64,000 nt of DNA, from positions 1,736,001 to 1,800,000 of the forward strand of contig CAKKNE010000002.1 of the NCBI GenBank assembly GCA_918797485.1, in the 5' to 3' direction. Shown here one piece after another: positions 22,063-32,922 of the stretch. The notes under the pieces are model-generated. The model did not search any database. It saw only the letters and a program-made list of their open reading frames with translations, and was not told the DNA's origin. This DNA is from Pelagomonas calceolata (lineage: Eukaryota). The translations under genes were made by a program, and so were the position numbers. How positions within the stretch are numbered: position 1 is the stretch's first letter; the number at the start of each line of letters is the position of its first letter.

Positions 22063-24585
22063 TCAGGAGTTGAGGATGTCGTCGAGGTCGTCGTCGTCGT
22101 CCCAGGCGGCCGCGTCCGTGAGGTCCGTGAGCGGCGGCGACGTGGCCGCGGGCGGCGGCGGCGGCGGCGGCGCGGGAGCGGCCCGCGGCGGCGGCGGTTT
22201 CGGCCGCGGCGGCGGCGCGCGGCGCGGCGGCGCCGCCGGCCGCGACTGCGAGGAGGGCGCCGGCCGCGGCGCCGAGAGCGCGCGGCCGGACGCGTCGAAC
22301 TTGGGCTTCGCCTCGAGGCCCAGGCTCGCAAAAGGGTCGTCGCCGCCGTCGGCGCTCGGCTTGCGCGCGGGCGGCGGCCGCTTCGCGGGCGTCGACGCCT
22401 CGGCGGGCCGCGGCGGGCCCGGCGCCGCCGCCGGCTTGGAGGCGCGCGCGGCCTTGCGCGCCTCGCGCTTCGCCGCGAGCTCCTTGCGCCGCTCCTCTCT
22501 TCTGATCTCCGCGGGCGACGGCTCCTTCTTCTCCGGTTTTGCGGGAGAGGCCTTCTTCTGCGGCGGCTGCGGCGGGCTCTTCTTGAGCGAGATTGCGGCC
22601 TTCGGCGGCGGCGGCGCGTCCTCCTTGTCGCCCCAGGCGTCATCGTCATCATCGTCGTCGTCGTCATCATCGTCGTCCACGAGGGGCTTCTTCTCCTCGC
22701 CCCGCTCGACGTCTGGCGTGGAAGTCAGCTCGACGGACGTCGGGACCTTCGCGTAGGCCGGCCCGCCGCCGCCGAACGCGCCCTTGACCTTCGTGACGAC
22801 CTTCTTGCACATGGCCACGAGGAGCCCGGCGAGCACCGCCACAATCACCAGAGGAAAGATGCGCTTGGCCTCCGCCGCGGGCCCATCGTCGTCGGACGCC
22901 GTCATGGAGCCGAAGAAGGCACTAATACGTTCCACGGGCGACGGCTGGATGTGCGAGTCGTCGTCGACGACCTCGTCGTCCTCCTCCGCCGCCGGCGCCG
23001 GCGCCGGCGCCTCGCGTGGCTCCGAGACGGCGTCGCGGATCGCCGACTCCGCTTCGGATTCAGGCGCCGGCGCCGGCGCCGGCTCGGCGTCGTCGGTCCG
23101 GTCGTCGGTGCTCGTCGGCGCCTCGTCGTGCGCTGGCTCTTCGGGCTCCGGCTCCGGTTCTCTCGCACAGGAGCCGCCCTCGCCATTGGCCGTCGCCGCG
23201 TCGACGCACGCATCATTCACCCAGGCGCAGACGGGCTCCGCCGCGCCGCCTCGTTGTAAACCCCGCTGGAAGCTCCCATAGTTCATGTCGCCGCCGTAGC
23301 CGTCTTCGCTGCCGAACTGGCGCCCGCCGCCGTAGCCGTCCCCGCCGCCGAACTGGCGCCGGCCGCGGCCGCGCCGGCCGCCCCGCGGCGCCTCGAGGCC
23401 GTCGTAGGCGCCGCCGCTACTTCCGTACTGCAATAACGTGCGGCGGCCGCCGCCGGGCCGTTTGCGCTTGCGGCCGCCGCCGCCGCCGCGGCCGCCGCCG
23501 CCCCTGCCTGCCAACGACGCGCGCTTCGCGAGGCACGCGTCGCAGGTCGTCGCGTCCGCGCAGATGTTCTCCTCGCACGTGTCGCCGGTCCAGACGCCCT
23601 GGCAGCGGCAGCGCTTCATGCCGTTGCGCTTCATGCACTTGCCGTGGTCGTTGCAGTAGCCGTCGTCGCAGGGGCAGGGCTGGTCCTCCTCGCAGTCCTC
23701 CTCTTCTTCTTGTGCGGGCGCCGGTGCGGGCTCTTCCGCTGCGGGCGCCGGCGCGGGGTCCTCGGCGGGCGCTGGCGCAGGCACGGGCTCCGGCTCGGGT
23801 GCCGGGGCCGGCGCCGGCGCAGGCTCCGGCTCCGGCTCGGGTGCCGGGGCCGGCGCAGGCTCCGGCTCGGGCGCGGGCGCCGGCACGGGCTCGGCCGCCC
23901 GCTCCTTCGCCCCGGAGTGGTCGATGTCGAGCACGGGCTTGTCGTCGTCGGCCGGCGCCGGCGCGGGAGCCGGCTCCGCCTCGGCGGGCGCCGGCTCCGG
24001 CGCCGGCGCGGGAGCCGGCTCCGCCTCGGCGGGCGCCGGGGCTGGGACGGGCTCGGGCTTCGGCGCAGGAGCCGGCTCCGGCTCCGGCGCGGGCGCGGGC
24101 TCGTCCTGCTCGCCGATCGCGGCGACGGGCGTGCTCGTCGGCGGCGGCGACACGGGCTTGGGCGTCGGCGCCCGCGTGGGCTTCTGCGTCGGCGCCTCCA
24201 CGGGCTTCTTCGTCGGTTCTTTGGAGGGCTTGTCCGTCTCGGGCGCCGGCGCGGGCGCGGGCGCGGGCTCCGCCGCCGGGGCCGCCTCCGCCGCGTCCGC
24301 GTCCGCGTCCTTCTTCTTCTTCTTTTTCTTCTCCTCGCCGCCCGGCTTGTCCGACGAGATGTCCACGACGGCGTCGGAGTCCGCGTCCGGTTTGGCTTCC
24401 TCGGCCGCGGCGCCGTCGGATTCGCTCGCTCTCCGGAGCGTCGCCTCGAGGCTGTCGAAGAGGGTCTTCTTGTTGTCGACGAGCGCCTGGAGCTTGTCGA
24501 TTTCGTATTTCGTGTCCTGGCTGCTCTCGGTTTTTTTGGCGGCGGCGAGCGCCGCCGCCAGCGCCAGCGCGGCCCAGAGCCGCAT
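22063..24585 (-). CDS. Type I membrane/cell-surface protein with Pro/Ala/Glu stalk, EGF-like domain and split PSI-like domain
   Basis: Signal peptide, many PAPAPE repeats, EGF CNDHGKC...CRCQGVWTGDTC, TM FPLVIVAVLAGLLVAMC, and a Pro-rich cytosolic tail. Confidence 0.75.
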   Translation of the reverse strand: MRLWAALALAAALAAAKKTESSQDTKYEIDKLQALVDNKKTLFDSLEATLRRASESDGAAAEEAKPDADSDAVVDISSDKPGGEEKKKKKKKDADADAAEAAPAAEPAPAPAPAPETDKPSKEPTKKPVEAPTQKPTRAPTPKPVSPPPTSTPVAAIGEQDEPAPAPEPEPAPAPKPEPVPAPAPAEAEPAPAPAPEPAPAEAEPAPAPAPADDDKPVLDIDHSGAKERAAEPVPAPAPEPEPAPAPAPEPEPEPAPAPAPAPEPEPVPAPAPAEDPAPAPAAEEPAPAPAQEEEEDCEEDQPCPCDDGYCNDHGKCMKRNGMKRCRCQGVWTGDTCEENICADATTCDACLAKRASLAGRGGGGRGGGGGRKRKRPGGGRRTLLQYGSSGGAYDGLEAPRGGRRGRGRRQFGGGDGYGGGRQFGSEDGYGGDMNYGSFQRGLQRGGAAEPVCAWVNDACVDAATANGEGGSCAREPEPEPEEPAHDEAPTSTDDRTDDAEPAPAPAPESEAESAIRDAVSEPREAPAPAPAAEEDDEVVDDDSHIQPSPVERISAFFGSMTASDDDGPAAEAKRIFPLVIVAVLAGLLVAMCKKVVTKVKGAFGGGGPAYAKVPTSVELTSTPDVERGEEKKPLVDDDDDDDDDDDDDAWGDKEDAPPPPKAAISLKKSPPQPPQKKASPAKPEKKEPSPAEIRREERRKELAAKREARKAARASKPAAAPGPPRPAEASTPAKRPPPARKPSADGGDDPFASLGLEAKPKFDASGRALSAPRPAPSSQSRPAAPPRRAPPPRPKPPPPRAAPAPPPPPPPAATSPPLTDLTDAAAWDDDDDLDDILNS

Positions 24586-24928
24586 CGCCGCAATGGCTGC
24601 TGTGCTGAGGCTACGGACTAGGCACTATAACGCCCCCGTCGCAAGTCCGGACCGCCTCCGCAATTTATTTGAGGAAGTGTGGCAGCCAAAAATAAAATTG
24701 GCTGGGAGTTGTCCGCGGCGCTTCACCGTGCTTGCTCCGGAGGCCGACAGAGACGACGACAGAGCGTTGCGCAAACGGCCTTTGCCCGGATTTGAGGCTG
24801 TCGGCAGTGGTTTTTGCTACGAGGACGATCAGTGCTAGCTGCAAGACACTAGCAAGGACGCGTCCTAGTCCAGCCGGACGGGTGGGCCCGGGGGGAGCGG
24901 GAGGGACGGGGGACCCCGCGACGTAACT

Positions 24929-24970
<42 letters not shown>
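24929..24970. repeat. (AGCCTG)7 microsatellite
   Basis: Perfect hexamer array read directly from the sequence. Confidence 0.95.
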
Positions 24971-25009
24971 GTCGAAGGCACGTCGAGAAAAACAACAACA
25001 AGACTTACA

Positions 25010-26284
25010 CTAGACGCTCTGAATGCGCTTCACCCGGTTCCGGCGGAAGAAAGCACAGAACTTGAGCGACGCGACCCGCACGACGAGGCACGACAGCGTC
25101 GTCAGCGACAGCGACACGAACAAGCGGAAGAGGCCCCGCGCCTCGGCCTTCGCCACGCGCCGCCGCTCCCGGTACACGCGCTTCTGCCGCCGGTCCCGCG
25201 CGCGGCTGATCCAGCCGAAGGAGAACAACGTCGCGTCCTTGACCTCGAACTTCAGGACGCACCGGTCCGGGATGGGCTCCGCGGCGCCCTTCCACTGGAC
25301 CTCCTCGTCCACGGCGTCCAGGAGCATGGGCAGCGAATCTTCGAGAGAGCGCCCTTGTACCAGGTCGCCGCGCTCGTCGTGGACCGCCACGCGCAGCGAC
25401 CCCGTGATGGCCGCGGTCACGACGGGCGCGCGGCCCTTGCACGGCAGGACGCGCGACGTTATGATGGAGGTCGACGGGCTCCGCAGCCCCGCGAAGCCGT
25501 CGGCGTGGAACCGATACAACGTGAGGGACGCGTTCTTTTTGCCGTCGAACGCGTAGACGCGCAGCTCGCCCGTCGCCGGGTCGCGCAGCGGATTCAAAGG
25601 TGTGTGGCACTCTTCGATAACTCCTCCCGCCAACACGGTCCACTCGAGCGCGTCGCCCGACCACGCGAAGCGGCACGCGTCCGTGATCCCGACGTAGATG
25701 GAGTAGTACGGGATGACGATTGCCGGCGCGTCGTGCAGCAGCTTCGACGCGTAGGGCCCCGGCCAGACCTCGCTCTCGTATCTCACAGACGTGGCATTAC
25801 CTAATTCTTTGTACGCGACGTAGCTCCTCCTTCTCGAATCGTAGAACGCGCTCCGTATGGACGAAGGCGCGCGGCCGTCCTTCGCTCGCGTGAAGTGCAG
25901 GCCGTCGGACGACGAGAGCGCCTCGCCGTTAGCAAAGGCCTTATAGCGCCTCTTTCGCTCGCGCCTACTGGGGTCCTCGAAGACGTGTCCCTTCACATCG
26001 AGGCGCGTCTGCTTCCAGGCGACGCCGTCCAAACTCTCCGCGTGAAAGCCCTCGGACCAGAGCCGCCAGGCGTGGCGCTTGCGGTCGTGGATCATGCTCG
26101 GGGCCCGCGGCTCCGTTTGGTGCAGCACGACTTGCGCGTGCTGCGGCGCGCCGACCTTCACCGTGGCGCCGCCGGCGTCGGCCACGGCGCGTTCCGTGTC
26201 GACGGCCGCGTACTTTTCGCGGTTGAGGAAGCCGCTGCGGGCTGCCGCTGCGGCGTGCAGGAGGCAGCAGAGTTGGAGGCGCAT
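25010..26284 (-). CDS. Secreted/membrane-anchored glycosidase-like beta-propeller protein (degenerate)
   Basis: Signal peptide, S.DG..W/F repeats, C-terminal DGFAGL...GSLRVAV..G.S.ED..P...V.W...LKF...ATLFSF, and a TM segment. Confidence 0.55.
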   Translation of the reverse strand: MRLQLCCLLHAAAAARSGFLNREKYAAVDTERAVADAGGATVKVGAPQHAQVVLHQTEPRAPSMIHDRKRHAWRLWSEGFHAESLDGVAWKQTRLDVKGHVFEDPSRRERKRRYKAFANGEALSSSDGLHFTRAKDGRAPSSIRSAFYDSRRRSYVAYKELGNATSVRYESEVWPGPYASKLLHDAPAIVIPYYSIYVGITDACRFAWSGDALEWTVLAGGVIEECHTPLNPLRDPATGELRVYAFDGKKNASLTLYRFHADGFAGLRSPSTSIITSRVLPCKGRAPVVTAAITGSLRVAVHDERGDLVQGRSLEDSLPMLLDAVDEEVQWKGAAEPIPDRCVLKFEVKDATLFSFGWISRARDRRQKRVYRERRRVAKAEARGLFRLFVSLSLTTLSCLVVRVASLKFCAFFRRNRVKRIQSV

Positions 26285-26768
26285 GGCTGCACTGCTGCAG
26301 CGCCGCCCGTCGAGCAAAATAGTTGGTTCGAGGAGCTGCGCAAGGGTGCTTGCAGCGCACAACGACCGTTTCGAGCACAGCAGCTATCAATAAGTCCGCC
26401 GTCCGAGGCTTTTTGAGCACAAAAAAACGAGTCTAGTATGTTCGACGCTAGCTACCCGTGCGCAAACCGGGACTATTCTTCGGGGCAGCGCCTGCTGCGA
26501 CCGATAGCGGCGGATCTAGGAGGCTTACGTGACCTCTTTTTCCAAGGCTGTCAAAAAGACGAAATCGGCCAGGGCAGTCAGCACGCTGAAGCGGCGCTAC
26601 CCAGAGCGAGCTGAACAGCGCCGCCCGGTACAAAGCCTCCTCGCAGTGGGTGGGCGCCCTGAGCGAAAGCGCAGCCGATAAGAAAACCTTTGAGAGCTCA
26701 GAGCAACTCAAAAGTGCAGCAGCTGTTGTCGGCGCTGTTGTCGGCGCCCCCGCGGATATCCGGATATC

Positions 26769-27191
26769 ATGGCCTCCCTCGCCCAGCGCGGCATGGACGA
26801 GAGCCCCACGAGCGTCCTCGAGCCAACCGACAAGAGGAAACCGGATCAAAAGCCGGCGCGGAGCCTCTGGTCCCTCTCGGTCTTCGACTACGGCTCGCCA
26901 CCACCAGCAAAGGCCCTCCCGCGGCGCGACTCCTTCGAGGAGCTCGGCCAGGACCCGGCCTCGCCGCGGACGCCGCCGGCCGTCGCCCTGAGCCCCGTCG
27001 CGCAGCAGCCCTTTAACCCCTTATCCTGTTACAAAAAGCAATGGGGCACACGGCCGTCGCCGGAGCAGCAGCGCGCCACGGCCTTCCGGCGGGCCGTCGC
27101 GCCGCTCGCCGCCGAGCTCGGGCCGCGGCTCCGGAAGCGGTCGCTCAGTTGCCCCGAGCTCATCCCCGAGGAAGGGTCTGATGAAGACTGA
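26769..27191 (+). CDS. Small hypothetical protein
   Basis: 140-aa ORF with coding-like GC3 that fills an intergenic gap; no recognisable domain. Confidence 0.4.
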   Translation: MASLAQRGMDESPTSVLEPTDKRKPDQKPARSLWSLSVFDYGSPPPAKALPRRDSFEELGQDPASPRTPPAVALSPVAQQPFNPLSCYKKQWGTRPSPEQQRATAFRRAVAPLAAELGPRLRKRSLSCPELIPEEGSDED

Positions 27192-27336
27192 CCTCCTGAA
27201 TTCGCTCCCTACACGCGGCCACCAAGAAGGCGCCGCCCCCCTCACCCCTCCGATATCGCTGTTGTGTGCGTGCCCTGCGGCTTCTCGCTGTCTGTACATA
27301 CTAAGTCGCATTGCACAATATCACATCGTTAATTCT

Positions 27337-29994
27337 CTAGGATCGCCGCAGCTCGACGCGCGTGAAGGCGTCGCCGCCGTCGTCGTGGGCCGCGGGCGAC
27401 GCGCTCTTGACGCGCGCATCCGCCTTGAGGAAGCGCCGGAGGCCCGTCTTGAGCGCGCCCGTGCCGTGGCCGTGCAGGATGTAGCACGGGCCGCCGCTCC
27501 GCGTCATGCGGTCGAGGAAGTAGTCCGTCTCGCGCTCGGCGTCGTCGTAGCGCTGGCCCCGCAAGTCGAGGGTGTTCTGCGCCGTGCGCATCTGGGGCGT
27601 CTTCTCGGCCGCCTTCCCGTTGTTCGACGATGGTTCAGTCCCGTCGAGGCCGACGAGCTGCTTGGGCACCTTGCGGCCCTTGCGCTGCTGCGGAGACGCT
27701 TGTTGTTTTTGTGCTGGCATTCCGGCCGGTGCCCTTGCTAAATCCTTGCGCTTGAGCTTCAGGGCGCCGCCCATCTCGGTGGCGACGCCGTCGACGTGTA
27801 CCAATACTACACCCTTGTTCAGCAGAGCTTCGACCTTCGCGGTCCGCGCGAAGAACGGCCCACGTTTCAGGACCGCGACGGCGTCGCCCGCGCTCAACGA
27901 AGCGTCGCTCGCGAGCGGCTCCAGGCCCTTGGCCTCGACGGCGGCGGTCTGCGCCTCCTTGACCGCCGCGGCCTTGGCTTCCTCGATGACCTTGCTGCTC
28001 CCGAAGGCGTCTGATGCCCCTCTGCGCATGTCCCGCTGCAGCTCCTTCTCCAAAGCAGCGACGCGCGCCTCGTAGTCCTGCGCTTGGAGCGCCGCCTTCT
28101 TCTTCGCCTCGGCCTCGACGGCGAGGAAGCGCTCTTCCGCGCGAGCCTCAGCTTCGCGGGCGGAAGCTAAAGCCTCGTTCGCCCGGGCTTCGGCCGCCTC
28201 GGCGCTCTCTCTAGCTTTATCCAAATCCCGCGCCAAGGTAGCCAGTCGCCGCTCGTCGTCGCCGAGCAACACTTCGGCCCGCTCCAGCAACTCGGGCGGA
28301 AAGTCGGCCTTCGTCCGCGCGGCCTCGAGCGCGTCGGACTCGCCCGCGCGGCCCTCGATGCACTTGAAGCCCGGCGCCATCGCCGCAGCTCTGAATCTTG
28401 AATCGTCCTCCTGGAGCCCTAGGGCCTTCAGAGGTCTCGCATGTGTGGTACACACGACTAACGCGCCGTGCTCAACAAGATCTTCCAGGACCGCCCGTCC
28501 CAACGCCGCGCCCTGGGCCGCGTCCGTGCCCGAGCCGAGCTCGTCCAGTAAAACCAGAGGCGTCAGCGTTGCGGAAGATCGAGCCTCGGCGACCGCCGCC
28601 GCCGCGACCCGCAGATGCCCGACGTACGTCGACACGTTGCCCTCGGCCGACTGCGCGTCGCCGACGTCGGCGAAGACCGGGTCGAAGACGCCTATGGTCG
28701 GTTCGCCCCTGCAAGGGATGGGCGCGCCGAGCCGCACGAGCGCGGCACATAATCCTAATGTCTTGAGCCAGACGCTCTTGCCCCCGGCGTTCGCGCCCGA
28801 GATGACTAAACAGCGCGCGTGGTCCTGCCCGAGCGCCGCGTCGTTGCCCTTGGGTTCGGGGCCGCCGGCGGCGCTCCGCAACGCGAGCACGGCGTGGCGC
28901 GCGTCGCGCACCTCAATTGAGTCGCCCTCGTCGACGAGCGGGAGGCTGCCTTCCACGTCCAACCCAAACCGATGCCGGGCCCGACACGCGTCCACCCTCC
29001 CAACGGCTTCTAACGCACATCTCAATTCATCGGCGTGGCGCGCGAGGACCGTGCCGCACTCCCTCAAGGCCGCGGCCTCCTCGGCGCGCACGGCGCCCTC
29101 GGCCGCGCGCCACTCGTTCGTCGGCGCGACGAGGGGCGCCGGCTCGACGTACTGCGTCCGGCCCGTCCGCGACGCGCCGTGGACCAGGGCCCCGGGCGGC
29201 GCGGAGCCGGCGCGCTGCGACACGACCCAGCGGCCCTCGTGGAGGAAGAAGCCGCCCTCCTTTTCCGCGGCTTTCAGGCCTCCATCTAGAGCGTCCTTCT
29301 TGCTGGACTCGACGGCTTGTCTCGCTCGCTTGGCTCTGTCGCGCGCGGCGCCGAGGTCGGGAAAGGCGACGCCGGACAGGATCGTGCCGTCGTCGGTCTC
29401 CTCCAGCGCGAAGCGGATCGGGTGGCAGTCCAACCGGGCTTTGTACGCGTCCTCGTCTTCGAGGGAGAGGGCCGAGCCCGCGACCATACTGGACAAGGCG
29501 GCGGCCTCGGCGCCGTCGAGGCGCCTTCTGGAAAGCCAGGCGTAGAGCGCGTCGAGCTCGCGCAGCGCGTCCGCGGCGAGCGCCACATCTGAAACTTCCG
29601 GGATCGTCGCCTTCTCGCAAGTGTCTAACAACGCGTCGAGGTTCGCCGTCAGGGCCGTCGCGAGGCTGTGGTTCGCCAGCGCGAGGCACGTCTCGTCGTG
29701 CGTGCGCTCGGCCTTGAGGAGCCACCGTATTTCGTCGTAGCGGCGCGTCGCGTCCTCGACGGTGTTTGCGAGATCGAGTCTTCGGAAGGATTCAGCGCCT
29801 CTGTATGTTGCTGTCCTTTGTTGAAGGGCTTCTAGCACTTGTGCGATGCCTAGGGCGTCGTACGCATTTGCTGTGGCGGCTGTGTCAGGGGCTGCAGAGC
29901 TTCTTGTGGGGGCTCGGAGCTGTGCAGATCGTGGCGGCGTGAAGGCATAGGTGCATAGCAGTGTTATTGTATGTAGGATGTGCATTTTGGGCAT
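27337..29994 (-). CDS. mutS2: MutS2 family protein with C-terminal Smr domain, putatively plastid-targeted
   Basis: Motifs VHGASRTGRTQYVEP, Walker A ISGANAGGKS, DVGDAQS, LLDELGSGTD and CTTH; Smr motifs LDLRGQR and ILHGHGTGALK; N-terminal YA-FTP. Confidence 0.92.
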   Translation of the reverse strand: MPKMHILHTITLLCTYAFTPPRSAQLRAPTRSSAAPDTAATANAYDALGIAQVLEALQQRTATYRGAESFRRLDLANTVEDATRRYDEIRWLLKAERTHDETCLALANHSLATALTANLDALLDTCEKATIPEVSDVALAADALRELDALYAWLSRRRLDGAEAAALSSMVAGSALSLEDEDAYKARLDCHPIRFALEETDDGTILSGVAFPDLGAARDRAKRARQAVESSKKDALDGGLKAAEKEGGFFLHEGRWVVSQRAGSAPPGALVHGASRTGRTQYVEPAPLVAPTNEWRAAEGAVRAEEAAALRECGTVLARHADELRCALEAVGRVDACRARHRFGLDVEGSLPLVDEGDSIEVRDARHAVLALRSAAGGPEPKGNDAALGQDHARCLVISGANAGGKSVWLKTLGLCAALVRLGAPIPCRGEPTIGVFDPVFADVGDAQSAEGNVSTYVGHLRVAAAAVAEARSSATLTPLVLLDELGSGTDAAQGAALGRAVLEDLVEHGALVVCTTHARPLKALGLQEDDSRFRAAAMAPGFKCIEGRAGESDALEAARTKADFPPELLERAEVLLGDDERRLATLARDLDKARESAEAAEARANEALASAREAEARAEERFLAVEAEAKKKAALQAQDYEARVAALEKELQRDMRRGASDAFGSSKVIEEAKAAAVKEAQTAAVEAKGLEPLASDASLSAGDAVAVLKRGPFFARTAKVEALLNKGVVLVHVDGVATEMGGALKLKRKDLARAPAGMPAQKQQASPQQRKGRKVPKQLVGLDGTEPSSNNGKAAEKTPQMRTAQNTLDLRGQRYDDAERETDYFLDRMTRSGGPCYILHGHGTGALKTGLRRFLKADARVKSASPAAHDDGGDAFTRVELRRS

Positions 29995-30678
29995 CTCTAC
30001 GCGCGTTTTGCAAGTTGACTGTGTGATGGGCTGATGAGACCCGCACGCTTAGGGGGGTGCACAGACCTAAAAAAAAAGAAGGTGAAAAATATCACTGCTC
30101 GACGCCGACTCCAGCAAGAGTCCTATTAGGGCCCCCTTTTACACAGCCGCGAATTTCACCAGTACAAGTGCCTGCGCAAAGCAAACTGAAAACGACTTAA
30201 AAGTACAGCGCGGCGCACCGCTAACGTGGAGACTTCGCACAGTGCACCGCTTACACCTCCTCGACCGATAACCGCCGCGCGCGGCGCTTGCGCGCCTCGC
30301 GCGCGCGAGTTACAAGCCCTGCGACTCAAACCGCACTTTGTGGCTTTTTGAGCCGACGGGCGGCGCGCGCGCCCGCGGGGAGCGCAGCGCGGCATCCGCG
30401 CAGCCCCTGGAGCGCCGCTGCTGCGCCCGCGCGCGCCGCGCCGCCGCGGCCGCAAAATTCTTGCGCCGTGACGGCGAACTGTCAAAGAAGGCGTGCACAG
30501 GAACGCGACCGCGGCGCCGCGCAGCCGGCCGCGCCGCCTCCCAAGCCCTCTTGGATCGCAGCGCGGCGGCGCGGCGGGTCTCGCGACCGCACACACACCA
30601 AAACCCCACACACCGCTCGCTTTTCGAAGTACCCTCACCGAACGCGCGCCCCACCGCAGCTAACTCACCTACTCAACC

Positions 30679-31089
30679 ATGTCTGGCAAAGGAGGCAAAG
30701 GCGGCAAGGGCGGCAAGGGCGGCAAGGCCCCCACGTCCAAGAAGGCGCCCCAGACCAAGTCGCTCAAGGCGGGCCTCCAGTTCCCGGTCGGTCGGCTCCA
30801 CCGCTTCCTCAAGCTCCGCGTGACGGCCTCGCAGCGCGTCGGCGCGACGGCCGCCGTGTACACGGCCGCCATCCTCGAGTACCTCACGGCCGAGGTGCTC
30901 GAGCTCGCGGGCAACGCGTGCAAGGACCTCAAGATGAAGCGCATCACGCCGCGCCACCTCCAGCTCGCCATCCGCGGCGACGAGGAGCTCGACACGCTCA
31001 TCAAGGCCACGATCGCGGGCGGCGGCGTGATCCCGCACATCCACAAGTCGCTGATCAACAAGACGTCCAAGAAGAAGAAGGCGGCCTAA
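30679..31089 (+). CDS. H2AZ: Histone H2A.Z
   Basis: [21 protein letters not shown] and [25 protein letters not shown] are H2A.Z signatures. Confidence 0.96.
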   Translation: MSGKGGKGGKGGKGGKAPTSKKAPQTKSLKAGLQFPVGRLHRFLKLRVTASQRVGATAAVYTAAILEYLTAEVLELAGNACKDLKMKRITPRHLQLAIRGDEELDTLIKATIAGGGVIPHIHKSLINKTSKKKKAA

Positions 31090-31344
31090 GTCCGCGGTGG
31101 CGTTGGCGCTCACGCGCTACGTCCTCGCCCGCCCGTTCTTTCTCGGCGGTCGGGGCGCGGGTGGCGACCTGCCCTGTGCAGTGCGCGCCGCCGGCCCCTC
31201 TCGTCGAAAGTCCTCTCCACATCCCGCGTAAATACTTTATAAACTAGAGCGCCTCACGCCATCGCCGCGACGGTCGCATGCACTGTCACGGCGACGGGCG
31301 TCCCAACCCAGGCATTGTTTAATTGTTTTTTACGCCCCCCCAGC

Positions 31345-32310
31345 TCAGTAGTCCGCCTTCTTCGCCGGCGCCTCCTCTTCTTCCTCCTCGGACTCATCTT
31401 CGTCCTCCTCCTCCTCCATCGCGGCCTTCTTCGCCTCGACGCGCGCCTTGCGCTCCTCGTACGTCAGCTTCTTGGCCTTCTTGTACGTCGTCCGGTCCGT
31501 AACCTCGAACTCGCTCTTCTCGGCCGGCGAGGGATCCTCCCGGATCGCTTCATGGACCGACGTATACAAGTCCTCGAGACCGTCCGGTTCCACGCCCTCC
31601 TCGATGTACTTGCTGAACAGCTGCTGGTACTTCGCGTTATCCTCGTCCATGAGCTTCTCCATGTACTCACTGACATGAGCACCCTTGATCCGGTCGGCCA
31701 TGGCCTCGGCATCATATTCCTTGGCCTCCTTGTCGTAACCGGCGAAGCGCTTGTGGTTGTGCGGGACGTCGAGGCCGCCGTCCGACGCGCCCTTCAAAGC
31801 CGCGAAGACGCGGTGGCCCGTCGTCGTCGTCGTGACGCCCACATCTAGTAAACATTTGAAGGGCCGCTTGTCATCATCGAGCTCCTCGACGAAGTACGTC
31901 TTCTTGCCCGCTTCGGTGGACACGACCTCGCCGTCCGGGTCGTCGTTGCCCTCGTAGAGCTCATCTAAGCCCACTTTCTGGAGGAGTCTCCTAGCACATA
32001 GTAAACCAGTGGCGTACGCAGCGGCAAAGTTCTTCAGGCCATTTTTCAGCCCGTATCTAGGTAACTCCTTGGACGTCGCCGTGCAGATGCACTTGTCTCC
32101 CACAACTTCGGCGCAGTGGACGGAGACAGTCACGAAGCGGTTCGAGAACCGCACGACGAGCCGGTACTTGGCCGTGCCGTACTTGTTCTTGTCCTGCGTA
32201 ATTAAACGCTTGCGCGCGCGGTAGTCGGTCTTGCCCTCGCGCCTTCTTTTATATTTCACCTGGTAGCGCTTGAAGTAGGCCTTGTTCTTGATGAGCTTGA
32301 CGAACGGCAT
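31345..32310 (-). CDS. RPL5: 60S ribosomal protein L5 (uL18); probable 5'-UTR intron at about 32335-32505
   Basis: MPFVKLIKNKAYFKRYQVKYKRRREGKTDY and LKGASDGGLDVPH. Confidence 0.96.
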   Translation of the reverse strand: MPFVKLIKNKAYFKRYQVKYKRRREGKTDYRARKRLITQDKNKYGTAKYRLVVRFSNRFVTVSVHCAEVVGDKCICTATSKELPRYGLKNGLKNFAAAYATGLLCARRLLQKVGLDELYEGNDDPDGEVVSTEAGKKTYFVEELDDDKRPFKCLLDVGVTTTTTGHRVFAALKGASDGGLDVPHNHKRFAGYDKEAKEYDAEAMADRIKGAHVSEYMEKLMDEDNAKYQQLFSKYIEEGVEPDGLEDLYTSVHEAIREDPSPAEKSEFEVTDRTTYKKAKKLTYEERKARVEAKKAAMEEEEDEDESEEEEEEAPAKKADY

Positions 32311-32922
32311 CGTGCCGTCGGCGCGTCGCGGGACCTGTGTGGCTCTAGCGTTGAGCGCTTGCGCGGCGACGGCGTATAGGGGGTCGTAGGCGTGCGGCGG
32401 AGGCTCTCGCCGAGCCGCAGCGGCGCCGCGGCGGCTCCTCTGGGCAAATCGCCGTCTGCACTTGGCGTCGCTGTAGCGTCGCCGCGGCGCGTCGAGACGC
32501 AATACCGCTTGCGCAGGGCTTTCACAAGGTCCGTTCCGGCACGTCTGTTGCCTCGTTTGTGATCGACGCTGCGTTGCACCTCGTCCACAGCCGCTGCTCG
32601 CCTACACTGAGGGCATCGCAAAATGGACCAGGCAAAAACGCGACTAACCCCGCCGCCTTTTTTTAGCCTCCTTTGCGCCTCAGAGACGTCCTCCAAGTCG
32701 AATGGAACCGTGTTCACGGCCGTTTCGCAATTCCCGATAAGCCGACTCACATTTTCACAGCTTATGCTTTGGCTGCGGATAACGCAACTCGTAAGGCATC
32801 TCAGCACTCGAAAGCACGCTCAGTACTGCCGACTACAACATATAAACAACATATAAAGCAGCGGCCTCCAGAAAAAGCGTAAGGCTGCGCACCCAAGCAG
32901 GCATCCTCAGCAGCCAAAAAAA

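Noticed and set aside
30030..30090. CTGATGAG as a hammerhead ribozyme core
   Set aside because: No stem II closed by GAAA and no stem I/III pairing could be drawn.
32335..32505. snoRNA in the putative RPL5 5'-UTR intron
   Set aside because: No convincing C/D or H/ACA boxes were found.
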